From: Thermoproteota archaeon
GTDB taxonomy: Archaea > Korarchaeota > JAOZGF01 > JAOZFZ01
DNA length: 64,000 nucleotides
Assembly: GCA_027492035.1 (NCBI GenBank)
Contig: JAOZFT010000004.1
Span: forward strand, 320,001 to 384,000
Reading direction: 5' to 3'
Below the pieces are notes generated by a model that saw only the letters and a list, made by a program, of their open reading frames with translations, did not search any database and was not told the DNA's origin. Positions 38,878-48,669 of this stretch are shown piece after piece. A program made the position numbers and the translations under genes. The first letter of the stretch is position 1, and every line of letters begins with the position of its first letter.

Positions 38878-39117
38878 ATGAAGGAAGTAAAGTTTTATCG
38901 AATAGAAGGGTATTTTGAAAAAAATAAAGAGAAGGTTTTTTTCAGAAAAGAGGTAAGTGCTGTTTCAGAAGAAAAAGCAGTAGAGAAACTGTGTTTCAAT
39001 ATCGGAAGTAAACACAGGGTTAAAAAGCCAGTGATTAAAATCAAAAAGGTTGCTGTTATAAGTGGAGAGGAGTTAACTGACCCTGTTCTTAAAGAGTTGC
39101 TTCTGAGAAGGGAATAG
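38878..39117 (+). CDS. rpl18a: Ribosomal protein L18Ae/LX
   Basis: VKFYRIEG, FRKEV, IGSKHRVK. Confidence 0.9.
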   Translation: MKEVKFYRIEGYFEKNKEKVFFRKEVSAVSEEKAVEKLCFNIGSKHRVKKPVIKIKKVAVISGEELTDPVLKELLLRRE

Positions 39118-39142
39118 AAAAAAGAGGGTTGAGGAAGCTTTT

Positions 39143-39550
39143 ATGGCCGAAAAATTAGCAGAAAGGGAAATAATCCCACAAATCCAATATATACAAGCTT
39201 TGGTGGATTCCTTACAAGAAGAAATCCGAAGAATGAATATTCTAAGGAATCAGTTAAGCTTAACTTTGTTAGGTTTAAAAGAAGTGAAAATAAATAGAGA
39301 GACTCTGTCTTCAATAGGTTCAGGTGTTTACGCTTTCACTAAACCCCTCCATGAAGACAAGTTCCTAATAAATGTTGGAGCTAATGTTTATGTTACTAAG
39401 TCGAAAGAAAAAGCTTTGGAGTATCTTTCGAAACAATTAAATGAGGTAAATAAACTTATTCAAAAGTATCAAAGCCAACTTCTCAATTACATGAGCCTAC
39501 TGGATCAGTTGAACGCTAAACTTAGTCGATTGAGCCAGAAACAGACATAA
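39143..39550 (+). CDS. pfdA: Prefoldin alpha
   Basis: Coiled coils around IGSGVY / LINVGANVYV. Confidence 0.9.
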   Translation: MAEKLAEREIIPQIQYIQALVDSLQEEIRRMNILRNQLSLTLLGLKEVKINRETLSSIGSGVYAFTKPLHEDKFLINVGANVYVTKSKEKALEYLSKQLNEVNKLIQKYQSQLLNYMSLLDQLNAKLSRLSQKQT

Positions 39551-39561
39551 AGTGTTTCCTT

Positions 39562-40464
39562 TCAAATAATCTCTTCAATTATTTTTTCAGGTTCATAACG
39601 GATAAAGTCCATATATCCCTGTCCACACCCTAAAAACAAAATAGGTTTCTTTAGCGTATTTGCAACTGTGAGAATAACTCCTCCCTTGTCAGTGGCATCT
39701 ATTTTGGTAATTACTGCACAGTCTACTTGGATAGCTTCATCGAAAAATTTGCACTGTACCTCTGCATCGTTTCCCGCTAACCCGTCAATAACCAAAACTT
39801 TTAAATCTGGATTGTTAACTCTGACAACCTTTTTCAGTTCTTCAAGTAAGTTCTCGTTTGAATGAGCTCTACCCGCTGTATCAGCACATACAACATCAAA
39901 TCTTTTAGTCCTGGCTCTTTCTATAGCGTCATATATAACAGCTGCACTGTCCGACCCTCTTCTTTGTTTAACAACTTGTACTTTGACGGCTTCTGCATAT
40001 TTACACATCTGTTCTATCCCTGCAGCACGGAATGTGTCAGCTGCTGCAATTAACACCCTGAACCCCTTCTCTTTCAGGTATTTTGCTGTTTTCGCTACAG
40101 ATAATGATTTCCCTACTCCATTGAAGCCTACAAAAATAATTACGTAAGGTTTTCCCCCCTTTTTACCCACTTCACTAGGTAAATCTATCTCTGGTGTTTG
40201 TAGAATCCTTAACAGCTCCTCCCTCATAATATTAAAAACAGCTTTTTCTCTTTTACCCCTGGGAACCTTCAAATCCACAATCTTTCTTTTTAAACACTCT
40301 CTTAATTCTTTACATGTACCATAGGAGACCCCTGCTGAATAAAGTTTTATTTCCACTTCATCAAATATTTCCTCAAATTTCTTTTCAGTAATTTTCTCTT
40401 CTAGTAAAACCTTAATCAGTTTCTCTTTGAATGAAATTAAGGGATTCTTTAACTCTTTCCACAA
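39562..40464 (-). CDS. ftsY: SRP receptor FtsY
   Basis: GFNGVGKS, DTFRAAG, DTAGR, TKID, GQGY. Confidence 0.96.
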   Translation of the reverse strand: MWKELKNPLISFKEKLIKVLLEEKITEKKFEEIFDEVEIKLYSAGVSYGTCKELRECLKRKIVDLKVPRGKREKAVFNIMREELLRILQTPEIDLPSEVGKKGGKPYVIIFVGFNGVGKSLSVAKTAKYLKEKGFRVLIAAADTFRAAGIEQMCKYAEAVKVQVVKQRRGSDSAAVIYDAIERARTKRFDVVCADTAGRAHSNENLLEELKKVVRVNNPDLKVLVIDGLAGNDAEVQCKFFDEAIQVDCAVITKIDATDKGGVILTVANTLKKPILFLGCGQGYMDFIRYEPEKIIEEII

Positions 40465-40575
40465 TTTTCAGTCCTCTTTTCCTTTTTCTTTAAATTTTTA
40501 GAAAGGTATACTGAGAGGAGGAAAAATTTAAAAATTTTGTAACATTACCTCTCCATTTAAAGGGTGTTTCAATCT

Positions 40576-41505
40576 ATGTTGAAAGGAAAAGATTTTCTTT
40601 CTTTAAAAGATTTTTCAATAGAAGAAATCACTAAGCTATTGAGGTTATCAATCTCTTTTAAGCAAGAATTCCTAACCGGTAAAAGAGTAAGTAACATCTT
40701 AAAAAATAAATCTTTAGCTTTAGTTTTTGAAAAACCCTCTACCCGGACAAGGGTTTCCTTTCAAGTTGCAATAAATCAGCTTTCTGGTTACTCAATTTAT
40801 TTAGATAAGTCTTCCACCCAGTTGAGCAGGGGTGAAACGGTCAGCGACACAGGGAAGGTTTTAAGTAGGTACGTAGACGGCATAATAGCTAGGGTCTATA
40901 GTCACCAAACACTACTTGAATTGGCTAATTCTTCCACTGTGCCTGTGATAAATGCTTTATCAGATCTTTACCACCCCTGTCAAGCTTTAGCCGACTTGTT
41001 AACAATTATTGAAAAAAAGGGGAGGACGAAAGGAATAAAAATGGCTTATGTGGGGGACGGTAACAACGTTTGCAACTCTTTAATGATAGCTTCCTCTAAA
41101 ACAGGTATAAACTTAATGGTAGCCACTCCCCCCGGCTATGAACCTAAACAAGAAGTTATTGAGTTAGCAAATAAATTCTCAAGCGAGACAGGATCTAAAA
41201 TTAAGGTATCAAATTCTCCAGAGGAGGCAGTTACTGATGCAGAAGTGATTTACACAGATGTATGGGTAAGCATGGGTCAAGAAGAAGAAAAAGATAAAAG
41301 ATTGAGGGATTTTCAAGGGTTTCAGGTAAATAATGATTTGCTGAAATTTGCGAAAAAGGATTTTATTTTTATGCACTGCCTTCCAGCCCATAGAGGGTTA
41401 GAAGTGTCTTCAGACGTTTTAGACGACCCCTTACACTCTGTTGTTTTTGACCAAGCCGAGAACCGTCTACATACAGAAAAGGCAATTTTAAGTCTCTTGG
41501 TCTAG
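40576..41505 (+). CDS. argF: Ornithine carbamoyltransferase
   Basis: STRTR, HPCQ, DVWVSMG, HCLP. Confidence 0.96.
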   Translation: MLKGKDFLSLKDFSIEEITKLLRLSISFKQEFLTGKRVSNILKNKSLALVFEKPSTRTRVSFQVAINQLSGYSIYLDKSSTQLSRGETVSDTGKVLSRYVDGIIARVYSHQTLLELANSSTVPVINALSDLYHPCQALADLLTIIEKKGRTKGIKMAYVGDGNNVCNSLMIASSKTGINLMVATPPGYEPKQEVIELANKFSSETGSKIKVSNSPEEAVTDAEVIYTDVWVSMGQEEEKDKRLRDFQGFQVNNDLLKFAKKDFIFMHCLPAHRGLEVSSDVLDDPLHSVVFDQAENRLHTEKAILSLLV

Positions 41506-41684
41506 AACTTTCTTTATGTCGAAAGAAACATAAACAATTGTCAACCTATAATCTGTTTGATACTTGTTAAAAATTTAAAAAGAAGCCAACCCTTAAAAGT
41601 TTGAAACGTTTCACTTTTTAAAAAGAAGTTTCAAGAACTGAAACTACAATTCGGAAACCGATGAATTTTTGATGGTGGAAAATA

Positions 41685-42746
41685 TTGAGAGAAAATCAGA
41701 AGAAATATGGTGTCACAAATAAAGAATTAGAGGAAATACTGAGTGAAAGCCGGGCGAAGCTGGTGGTTGTAGGTGTAGGAGGAGCAGGTGGAAACGTAGT
41801 TGACTTAATCAAAAAAAATAAACTGGAAGGGGTTGAAACAATCAGCATAAACACTGACGCACAAGACCTTCTTAAAATAAATGCTGACACTAAAATTTTG
41901 ATAGGGAAAAGAATAACTGGAGGTTTAGGAGCTGGCAGTGACCCAATTATTGGTGAAGCTGCGGTAAAGGAGGATGAAGAAGAAATAAGGGAGGCATTGG
42001 GAGGAGCAGACCTCACTTTCATAGTAGCTGGTTTAGGGGGTGGAACAGGCACAGGTGCAAGCCCTACAATTGCATCTTTAGCTAGGGAATCCGGTTCAGT
42101 TGTGATGACCATAGTTTTCTTCCCTTTCTCTGTAGAGGGAGCTAAAAGGCAGGAAATAGCTTTGAACAGTTTAAAAAACTTTTTAACAAATTCTGACACT
42201 TTCGTATTGATTCCCAACGACAAAATTCTTGAACTTAAACCAGGTATCTCCTTGAAAGAAGGCATCTACTACGCCAATAAAGCAGTGACAGACTTAATAA
42301 AAAACTTGGTTGAAATAATTGAAGCCCCCACCACCATAAATGTTGACTTCGCTGATTTAAGGACGGTGCTTGAAGAAGGGGGAATATCCACTTTTACTTC
42401 ACTTGAAATTAATGACTTTAATAAGTTAGAAGAAATAACTAAGCAAGTACTGATTAACCCCCTCATAGAAGTTGAAACCTCCGGAGGAAAAAAGGCGCTT
42501 TTATTTATTAAAACTTCGTCAAGTGTTGAAATAGAAAAAATCAGCAGTTTACTTGAAAGCGTAGTTTCCCAGCTTGATCCAAACGCCCAAGTAATATGGG
42601 GAGCAAACATCGTGGAAGATGACAGCTCCAAAACAAAAGTGTTCAGCATAATCACAGGCGTTAAACTTTTAAACATAAAGATTGAGGAGGTAGTTGCTAA
42701 ACCTAAACCTAGCATAGATTTAGGGATCGACCTTGAATCTCTTTAA
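41685..42746 (+). CDS. ftsZ: Cell division GTPase FtsZ
   Basis: GVGGAGGN, NTDAQDL, GLGGGTGTG, INVDFAD. Confidence 0.96.
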   Translation: MRENQKKYGVTNKELEEILSESRAKLVVVGVGGAGGNVVDLIKKNKLEGVETISINTDAQDLLKINADTKILIGKRITGGLGAGSDPIIGEAAVKEDEEEIREALGGADLTFIVAGLGGGTGTGASPTIASLARESGSVVMTIVFFPFSVEGAKRQEIALNSLKNFLTNSDTFVLIPNDKILELKPGISLKEGIYYANKAVTDLIKNLVEIIEAPTTINVDFADLRTVLEEGGISTFTSLEINDFNKLEEITKQVLINPLIEVETSGGKKALLFIKTSSSVEIEKISSLLESVVSQLDPNAQVIWGANIVEDDSSKTKVFSIITGVKLLNIKIEEVVAKPKPSIDLGIDLESL

Positions 42747-42767
42747 AAATTTAAGAGGGTTTTAAAG

Positions 42768-42956
42768 ATGTCTCTACCTAACAAAATTAAAGATTTCATT
42801 GTTCAATGTGAAAGAGCTCTGAAAAAAGCTTCTAAACCTGCAAGGAATGAATTTCTTAAAATTTCTGGGATTTGCCTTTTAGGATTAACTTTGCTTGGAG
42901 TGATAGGGTTAACTATTAGGTTAATAGCTAATTTACTTAGCGGTTCACCTGTGTGA
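42768..42956 (+). CDS. secE: SecE/Sec61 gamma
   Basis: RALKKASKPARNEF plus TM helix. Confidence 0.92.
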   Translation: MSLPNKIKDFIVQCERALKKASKPARNEFLKISGICLLGLTLLGVIGLTIRLIANLLSGSPV

Positions 42957-42963
42957 ATGTTCT

Positions 42964-43425
42964 ATGCCTAAAAAGAATAATTTTTATTTGGTAAGGGTAA
43001 CTAAGTCACAAGAAAACACAACTTCTTTAATACTTGCAAAAAGAGCTGAAAGAATGCGTGGAAAAATAAAATCCATAATTTCATTAGATGAGCTGCCGGG
43101 GTATGTCATAGTTGAAGCCAACTCCATAAACGAAGTTGATAAATTAATAACTAACGTTCCACACGTAAAAGGGAGAGTAGCCACCTTTCTTCAAGAGGAA
43201 GAAGTTGCTAAGTTATTAAAAAGAAAATCATACATTGAGGAACTGGAAATAGGGGATGTTGTTAAGTTAACAACTGGTCCATTTGAAGGTGAGAAGGCAA
43301 GAGTAGTGTCTATAAGTAAAAGTAGGGATGAGGTTACTGTGGAACTGTTTGAATCATTGGTTCCAGTCGCAATTACTGTGCCAGGTGACGCGGTCAAGAA
43401 GGAAAAACCTAAGGAGCAGGAATAA
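42964..43425 (+). CDS. spt5: Transcription elongation factor Spt5
   Basis: LPGYVIVEA NGN domain; GDVVKLTTGPFEG KOW. Confidence 0.95.
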   Translation: MPKKNNFYLVRVTKSQENTTSLILAKRAERMRGKIKSIISLDELPGYVIVEANSINEVDKLITNVPHVKGRVATFLQEEEVAKLLKRKSYIEELEIGDVVKLTTGPFEGEKARVVSISKSRDEVTVELFESLVPVAITVPGDAVKKEKPKEQE

Positions 43426-43586
43426 TCCTTGTTTAAAATGTGAAGAAAATTTTTCTTCTCCTTTAAAAGGGGAATGCTTTTTTGAAAGGAGAAGATTCAT
43501 TTTTTCCGGGATTTGGAAAATAAAAGGGTTCGTCAATAAATGGGAGTGTTTCGCAGGAGAGGAATTTTTAAGAAAGTGACTTGGGA

Positions 43587-44051
43587 ATGGAGAACATAAA
43601 AACAGTTAAATTGTTGGTGGAAGCAGGCAAAGCTTCAGCAGGTCCACCTTTAGGCCCTGCATTGGGCCAAATGAAACTAAACGTTAGTAAAGTAGTTGAA
43701 GAAATAAACAATAAAACAAAGAGTTTTCTGGGGATGAAGATCCCTGTCACTCTTTACGTAAATATGAAAACGCGTGAATATGAAATAGAAGTGGGTTTGC
43801 CTACCACTTCAGCTCTTCTCAAAAAAGAAATAAGTGAATCTGGTAAAGAAAAAAACGTTGAATTAAAGAAAGTAATTAAAATAGCTAAGGAAAAAATGGG
43901 GGACATGTTCGTTTCAGACTTAAAAGCGGCTGTTAAAACCGTGTTAGGTGTAGCTGTTTCAATGGGGGTTAAAGTTGACGGTAAATCCCCAAAGAAAGTT
44001 ATTAAAGAAATTAATGAAGGGTTACATGATTCTCTTCTAGAACTAGTTTAA
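43587..44051 (+). CDS. rpl11: Ribosomal protein L11
   Basis: GKASAGPPLGPALG. Confidence 0.96.
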   Translation: MENIKTVKLLVEAGKASAGPPLGPALGQMKLNVSKVVEEINNKTKSFLGMKIPVTLYVNMKTREYEIEVGLPTTSALLKKEISESGKEKNVELKKVIKIAKEKMGDMFVSDLKAAVKTVLGVAVSMGVKVDGKSPKKVIKEINEGLHDSLLELV

Positions 44052-44084
44052 ATCTAGGTGAGAAAAAAAATTGAGGTGTTAATT

Positions 44085-44729
44085 TTGAGCCTTGGCGAGG
44101 AAGCACTGAAAAATGCAGTGGAGGAGGCTAAGAAAAATTCAAAGGAAAGGAACTTCACCGAAAGCATCGACTTAACAGTGGTGCTTAAAGGGGTAGATAT
44201 GAGAAAGACCACCAATAGGTTAAGTCAAATCTTGGAACTTCCATACAAACTTAATAAGAAAGTTGAAATTTGTGTAGTGGCTAAAGGAGACTTGGCTTTA
44301 AGAGCAAAGAAAGCAGGAGTTTTTACTCTTGACCCTGACGAAATCTCTTCCCTAGCCTCTAACCCTAGAAAAGCCAAGGAATTTGTGAAAAAATTCAACT
44401 TCTTTATTGTTCAATCCAATTTTATGCCTACTATAGGGAAATACTTAGGTAGGTTCTTAGGCCCAAGAGGAAAAACACCCATACCTTTCCCACCCACAGG
44501 AGACATAGAAAAAAGAATAGAGTCTCTTAGAAAATCAGTCAATTTATCCCTTAAGAAACAACCAGTTCTTCATGTTCCAGTCGGAACAAAAAACATGAAA
44601 ACAGAGGAAATAGTCAAAAACATTAAAGCAGTGCTTTCTCTTCTATCCACTAAGTTCGATCTGAAACATAACTTAAGAACCGTTCTAGTTAAAACAACAA
44701 TGGGAAAACCTGTTAAAATCTACCCGTAA
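44085..44729 (+). CDS. rpl1: Ribosomal protein L1
   Basis: RNFTESIDL, LGPRGK, KTTMGKP; TTG after GAGGTG. Confidence 0.96.
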   Translation: MSLGEEALKNAVEEAKKNSKERNFTESIDLTVVLKGVDMRKTTNRLSQILELPYKLNKKVEICVVAKGDLALRAKKAGVFTLDPDEISSLASNPRKAKEFVKKFNFFIVQSNFMPTIGKYLGRFLGPRGKTPIPFPPTGDIEKRIESLRKSVNLSLKKQPVLHVPVGTKNMKTEEIVKNIKAVLSLLSTKFDLKHNLRTVLVKTTMGKPVKIYP

Positions 44730-44740
44730 GGTGAAAATTT

Positions 44741-45619
44741 TTGGAAAAAATCAAAAGAGAAATACTTAACAGAAAACACTCCCCACTTAAGGAAATGAAG
44801 GTAAAAGAACTTGAAAAATTAATCAACGAATATGATTCATTACTGATAGCAACTTATACAGGGTTCACTTCCAACTACTTTAAAGAAACAAGGAGAAGGT
44901 TAAAAGGTAAAGCTAGAATTAAGGTTTCAAAGAATACCCTGCTTCAAGTTGCGCTGTCCAAAGTTAAGCCTAATTATAAAGAAAAATTAAGTGAGTACAT
45001 GCATGGGCAGAATGTTTTTTTCTTCACAAATCTGCACCCCACTAAACTCTACTCTTACTTGAAAGAAAAACCAATGTCAATGCCTGTCAAAGCTGGGGAA
45101 ATAGCAACTGAAGACATCTCCGTGCCAGAAGGAATAACCGACCTTACACCCGGACCAATAATGACTAAACTAAGTGACCTAGGTGTAAAAACAAAAATTC
45201 AAGGGGGGAAAATATATGTTTTAGAGGAAAAAGTGATCGTGAGAAAGGGAGAAAAAGTTTCTAAGAATGCTGCAGATGTACTAGCTGCCCTGGGCATAAA
45301 GCCGGTGAAAGCTGTTTTTAAAGTTAAAGCAGCTATAGATAGAGAAGGAGTAATATATCCTCCTGAAGCAGTTGAAATAACCCCTGACTTGTTGAAGAAA
45401 AAAATACTGGAAGTTTTCAAAGAAAACTTAACTTTAGCTGTCTCTCAGGGAATACCCACCAAGTATTCAGCCCCTATACTAGTCTTCCAGGCATACCTTA
45501 AAAGCCTGAATCTTTCTGTCCAGCTTTCGATCCCTACAAAAAACAATGCTCCCTTCATAATAATGAAGGCGTTTGCCATAGCCAAAGAATTGGCTAGAAA
45601 CATACCCAGAAAGGAGTGA
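44741..45619 (+). CDS. rpl10: Ribosomal protein L10/P0
   Basis: VSKNTL, GEIATEDI, PGPI, LGIKP. Confidence 0.95.
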   Translation: MEKIKREILNRKHSPLKEMKVKELEKLINEYDSLLIATYTGFTSNYFKETRRRLKGKARIKVSKNTLLQVALSKVKPNYKEKLSEYMHGQNVFFFTNLHPTKLYSYLKEKPMSMPVKAGEIATEDISVPEGITDLTPGPIMTKLSDLGVKTKIQGGKIYVLEEKVIVRKGEKVSKNAADVLAALGIKPVKAVFKVKAAIDREGVIYPPEAVEITPDLLKKKILEVFKENLTLAVSQGIPTKYSAPILVFQAYLKSLNLSVQLSIPTKNNAPFIIMKAFAIAKELARNIPRKE

Positions 45620-45747
45620 ATCACGTGTTTTCCTCTTTTACTAAAAATTTCTCCTTTTAAAATTTCTTCAAAGTGCCTTCTATAAAGAAAAGTTTTTAAA
45701 TTCCTCTCCTGTGAAAGAAAAACAAGTAAGGAAATGGAGGTGAAAAA

Positions 45748-46059
45748 ATGAAGCAAAGTTATATTTACGCAGCTCTGCTACTTCACGAAGAAAAAAAGGA
45801 AATAACTCCAGACTCTATAATGGCTGTTTTGAAAGCTGCAGGAGCTGACCCGGAGGAAGCACTAGCAAAATCTGTAGCTGAATCCTTAAAAGACGTAGAT
45901 ATAGACAAAATAATAACTGAAGCTGCAACATTCACCCCTGTACAAGCCACTATGGCGACAACACCACAAGCCAAACCTGAAAAAACCGAGGAAAAAGAGA
46001 AAAAAGAGGAAAAGAAGGCTGAAGAATCAGTAGAGGGGTTAGCTGCCCTATTCGGGTAA
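45748..46059 (+). CDS. rpl12: Ribosomal stalk protein P1/L12
   Basis: YIYAALLLH...EGLAALFG. Confidence 0.96.
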   Translation: MKQSYIYAALLLHEEKKEITPDSIMAVLKAAGADPEEALAKSVAESLKDVDIDKIITEAATFTPVQATMATTPQAKPEKTEEKEKKEEKKAEESVEGLAALFG

Positions 46060-46147
46060 AAAAAGTAAATCCTGTTAATGGATTTCCAGCAAGGCTTGCC
46101 TTTCCAAAAATTATTTAGTTCTTCATCTTTGCTGCGCCTATGAAAAA

Positions 46148-46234
46148 TGGGCCCGGCGGGATTTGAACCCGCGACCACCGGCTTTCCCCATTATTTAGAA
46201 GGCCGGTGCGCTATCCTGACTGCGCTACGAGCCC
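46148..46234 (-). tRNA. tRNA-Arg(TCT), 12-nt intron at 37/38 (46184-46195)
   Basis: CCGGC CT TCT A[AATAATGGGGAA]A GCCGG. Confidence 0.92.
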
Positions 46235-46539
46235 TTTGGTTCCTTTGCTTTTTACATTTCTCGAAAATACTCCCCTCCAGTAATAACTAAAAACCCTCTT
46301 TAAAATTTGTTTTGTTTTTAGGAGGAACTTTGTATTTTAAAATTTTTATGCAGGCGGTTTCGGGGGTTACATATTTCGTTGTCTATCGAAAATGAATTTT
46401 TCAATTCATTAAATAACCTTTAAAAAGAGAAAGCGATTGTAAAGGTAACAACTTCTCACAAAGTTTAGAAGTTAAGAGAATAGTTTTAAGGTGTTGTTGG
46501 GGAAGATGTACCTTTTTAAAAAAATGACGGTGTTTAGTA

Positions 46540-48615
46540 ATGGTGTGCAATAAAAAACTATTTCTTTTCGTGATTGTCTTTATTTCCTTTTTTGCTTTTA
46601 TGCCCTACGAAGTTAAACCCTTAAGGGTTGAAAAAAGGGTTAATTATTTGAATGGAAACTACCCTTTAGCTTTTAAAATAGAACCCAATAGTTCAGTCTC
46701 ATTTTTCGGTTATCGTTTCACCTATGAAGCATACACCTCTCTTCCCAAATATTACTTGAAATATGGAGAAGAAGGAACAAGTTCTTTTCTCCAAATTGAA
46801 TGGCCTTCAATGCAGTACAGTTTCCCTTGGCTAGAGGATAAATGGGTCCCCAGTCAAACAGCAACTTGTAGATTTCATTTCCAAATAGCGAAGAACATAA
46901 CCCAAGTAGGTCCTGTCTACTCTATTTACATTTACAACATTTCATTTGTGGGCTGTGAGCCCCCTGTCTATGACGTAACCTTAACCGTGGATAAACCCTC
47001 TATAAATCTGAAAAACCCGGGTGACACAGAAACTGTGAAGTTTACAGTTACCAACACAGGTAACTTAAAAATTGAAAATGTAAAGTTTAATTTAGACTAC
47101 ACCCCACTAGGTTACATATTGGTTGAAGGGGAAAGTGACGCAACTAACGGCGTTATTTCTTCTCTTGATGCAGGAGCATCTAAAACCTTTAAATATACTT
47201 TTAAATGTATGGTGGAGACTCAGCAATTTGCTTCAGTTACTTTTAAAGTGACATATTCTGCTTATACAGAAACAGTCTCTGTTTTAAACCAAATGCTTGG
47301 GAAAGCTACTGTTTGTAAAATGCTGGGATCCACTTCTAAATCCAAAGACGTTTATATAGCTTTAGGTAAGGCTCCTCAGCCTTATGAAAGACCGAACATG
47401 CAAATAACAATTACTCCTGTACCTAACCTTAAACCTGGAGGTTCAGCCCAAGTCACTGCCACTTTTGAAAACGTAGGTAACGGTTCAGCTTACAATGCCA
47501 GCGTCTACGTTGACGCCGCCCCCTCTGAATTAACTTTTGAATGGCAGGGTGAAAAATCAAATGCTTTAGGTTACTCAACACCTATCAGAGTTCAAGGAAA
47601 CACCCCAATACCTACCGCTTACACTCTCACTTTACCTTTCACTGTTTACGTCCCCGAATTCTTTGAAGGCAACTCTAAAACCTACACCATAAACGTGAAG
47701 ATCCGTTACTACAATAATAGAGGAGACTTTTTTGAAAGCCAAAAAAACACAACAGTCACCGTTATAAAACCTGGAAAACCAATGATTACGGTTCAGAAAT
47801 ATTTGTCGGCTTCCCAAATAAGTCTAGGTTCAACTGTAACCGTCACAATAGAAGTAGATAATATCGGGGAGGGGCCGGCATTAAATGTTGAAGTTCTCGA
47901 CTCGATTCCTGGCCAGTTCCAATTAACTTCAGGTAAATATCAGCAATCTTTCAGCAACATCCCTGCTGGAGGCAAGGAATCGTTCAGTTATGTTATTAAG
48001 GCTGTTGATGAGTTTGCAGGCCAAATCCCTTCTGCTGTAGTGAATTATAAAGATTCAGAGGGACATTCCGCTACAGCTAAATCTAACATTGCAACCATAA
48101 AAGTTGTTAAAGCATCCGTAACTGTAACTAAGCAATCTGCACCTAAAGAAATGGAAGTAGATGAAATATTTACTTTAGAATATGACATAACGAACAAAGG
48201 GTCTGGAGACGCCCGGGATGTAGTTCTACAAATAAATTACTCAAGAGGACTTGAGTTAATAAATATTGAGGGGCCGGGGGAAGAGGAATTAGGTAGAACC
48301 GTTAATTTAAGCCTTAAAAGACTTGAACCAAACCAGATAGTGACTCTTAAACTAAGGTTTAGAGGCATGTTACCTGGAAATCAAACAATATCTGTGGTTA
48401 AGAAAACATATAAAAGCCCTGACGGGTCTGTTCAGTTTTCAATGGTGGGTGAGAACCTAAACCACTATATCATAATAAAAACACCGTTCATGGTGCGAAG
48501 TATGCTGGTTTTGATGCTTGGATTCATGGTTATGGTTATCGAATATGCTGTGCTTTCAGCAACGTTCAAAATTACACAAGCAAAAGGGAAAAAGAAAAGG
48601 TTTAAATTAGGGTAA
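46540..48615 (+). CDS. Multi-Ig (CARDB/DUF11-like) membrane-anchored surface protein
   Basis: Signal peptide; repeated VTNTGN / FENVGNG / VDNIGEG / ITNKGSG; C-terminal TM. Confidence 0.8.
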   Translation: MVCNKKLFLFVIVFISFFAFMPYEVKPLRVEKRVNYLNGNYPLAFKIEPNSSVSFFGYRFTYEAYTSLPKYYLKYGEEGTSSFLQIEWPSMQYSFPWLEDKWVPSQTATCRFHFQIAKNITQVGPVYSIYIYNISFVGCEPPVYDVTLTVDKPSINLKNPGDTETVKFTVTNTGNLKIENVKFNLDYTPLGYILVEGESDATNGVISSLDAGASKTFKYTFKCMVETQQFASVTFKVTYSAYTETVSVLNQMLGKATVCKMLGSTSKSKDVYIALGKAPQPYERPNMQITITPVPNLKPGGSAQVTATFENVGNGSAYNASVYVDAAPSELTFEWQGEKSNALGYSTPIRVQGNTPIPTAYTLTLPFTVYVPEFFEGNSKTYTINVKIRYYNNRGDFFESQKNTTVTVIKPGKPMITVQKYLSASQISLGSTVTVTIEVDNIGEGPALNVEVLDSIPGQFQLTSGKYQQSFSNIPAGGKESFSYVIKAVDEFAGQIPSAVVNYKDSEGHSATAKSNIATIKVVKASVTVTKQSAPKEMEVDEIFTLEYDITNKGSGDARDVVLQINYSRGLELINIEGPGEEELGRTVNLSLKRLEPNQIVTLKLRFRGMLPGNQTISVVKKTYKSPDGSVQFSMVGENLNHYIIIKTPFMVRSMLVLMLGFMVMVIEYAVLSATFKITQAKGKKKRFKLG

Positions 48616-48669
48616 ACCATTTCTATAAAAAAATTTTAAAAGGAATTAAGACGTTCCTTAGGTTAACTT

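Noticed and set aside
44115-44160. L1 autoregulatory site at the start of rpl1
   Set aside because: Outer stem GTGGAG/CTTCAC forms but the inner helix does not; may only reflect protein conservation
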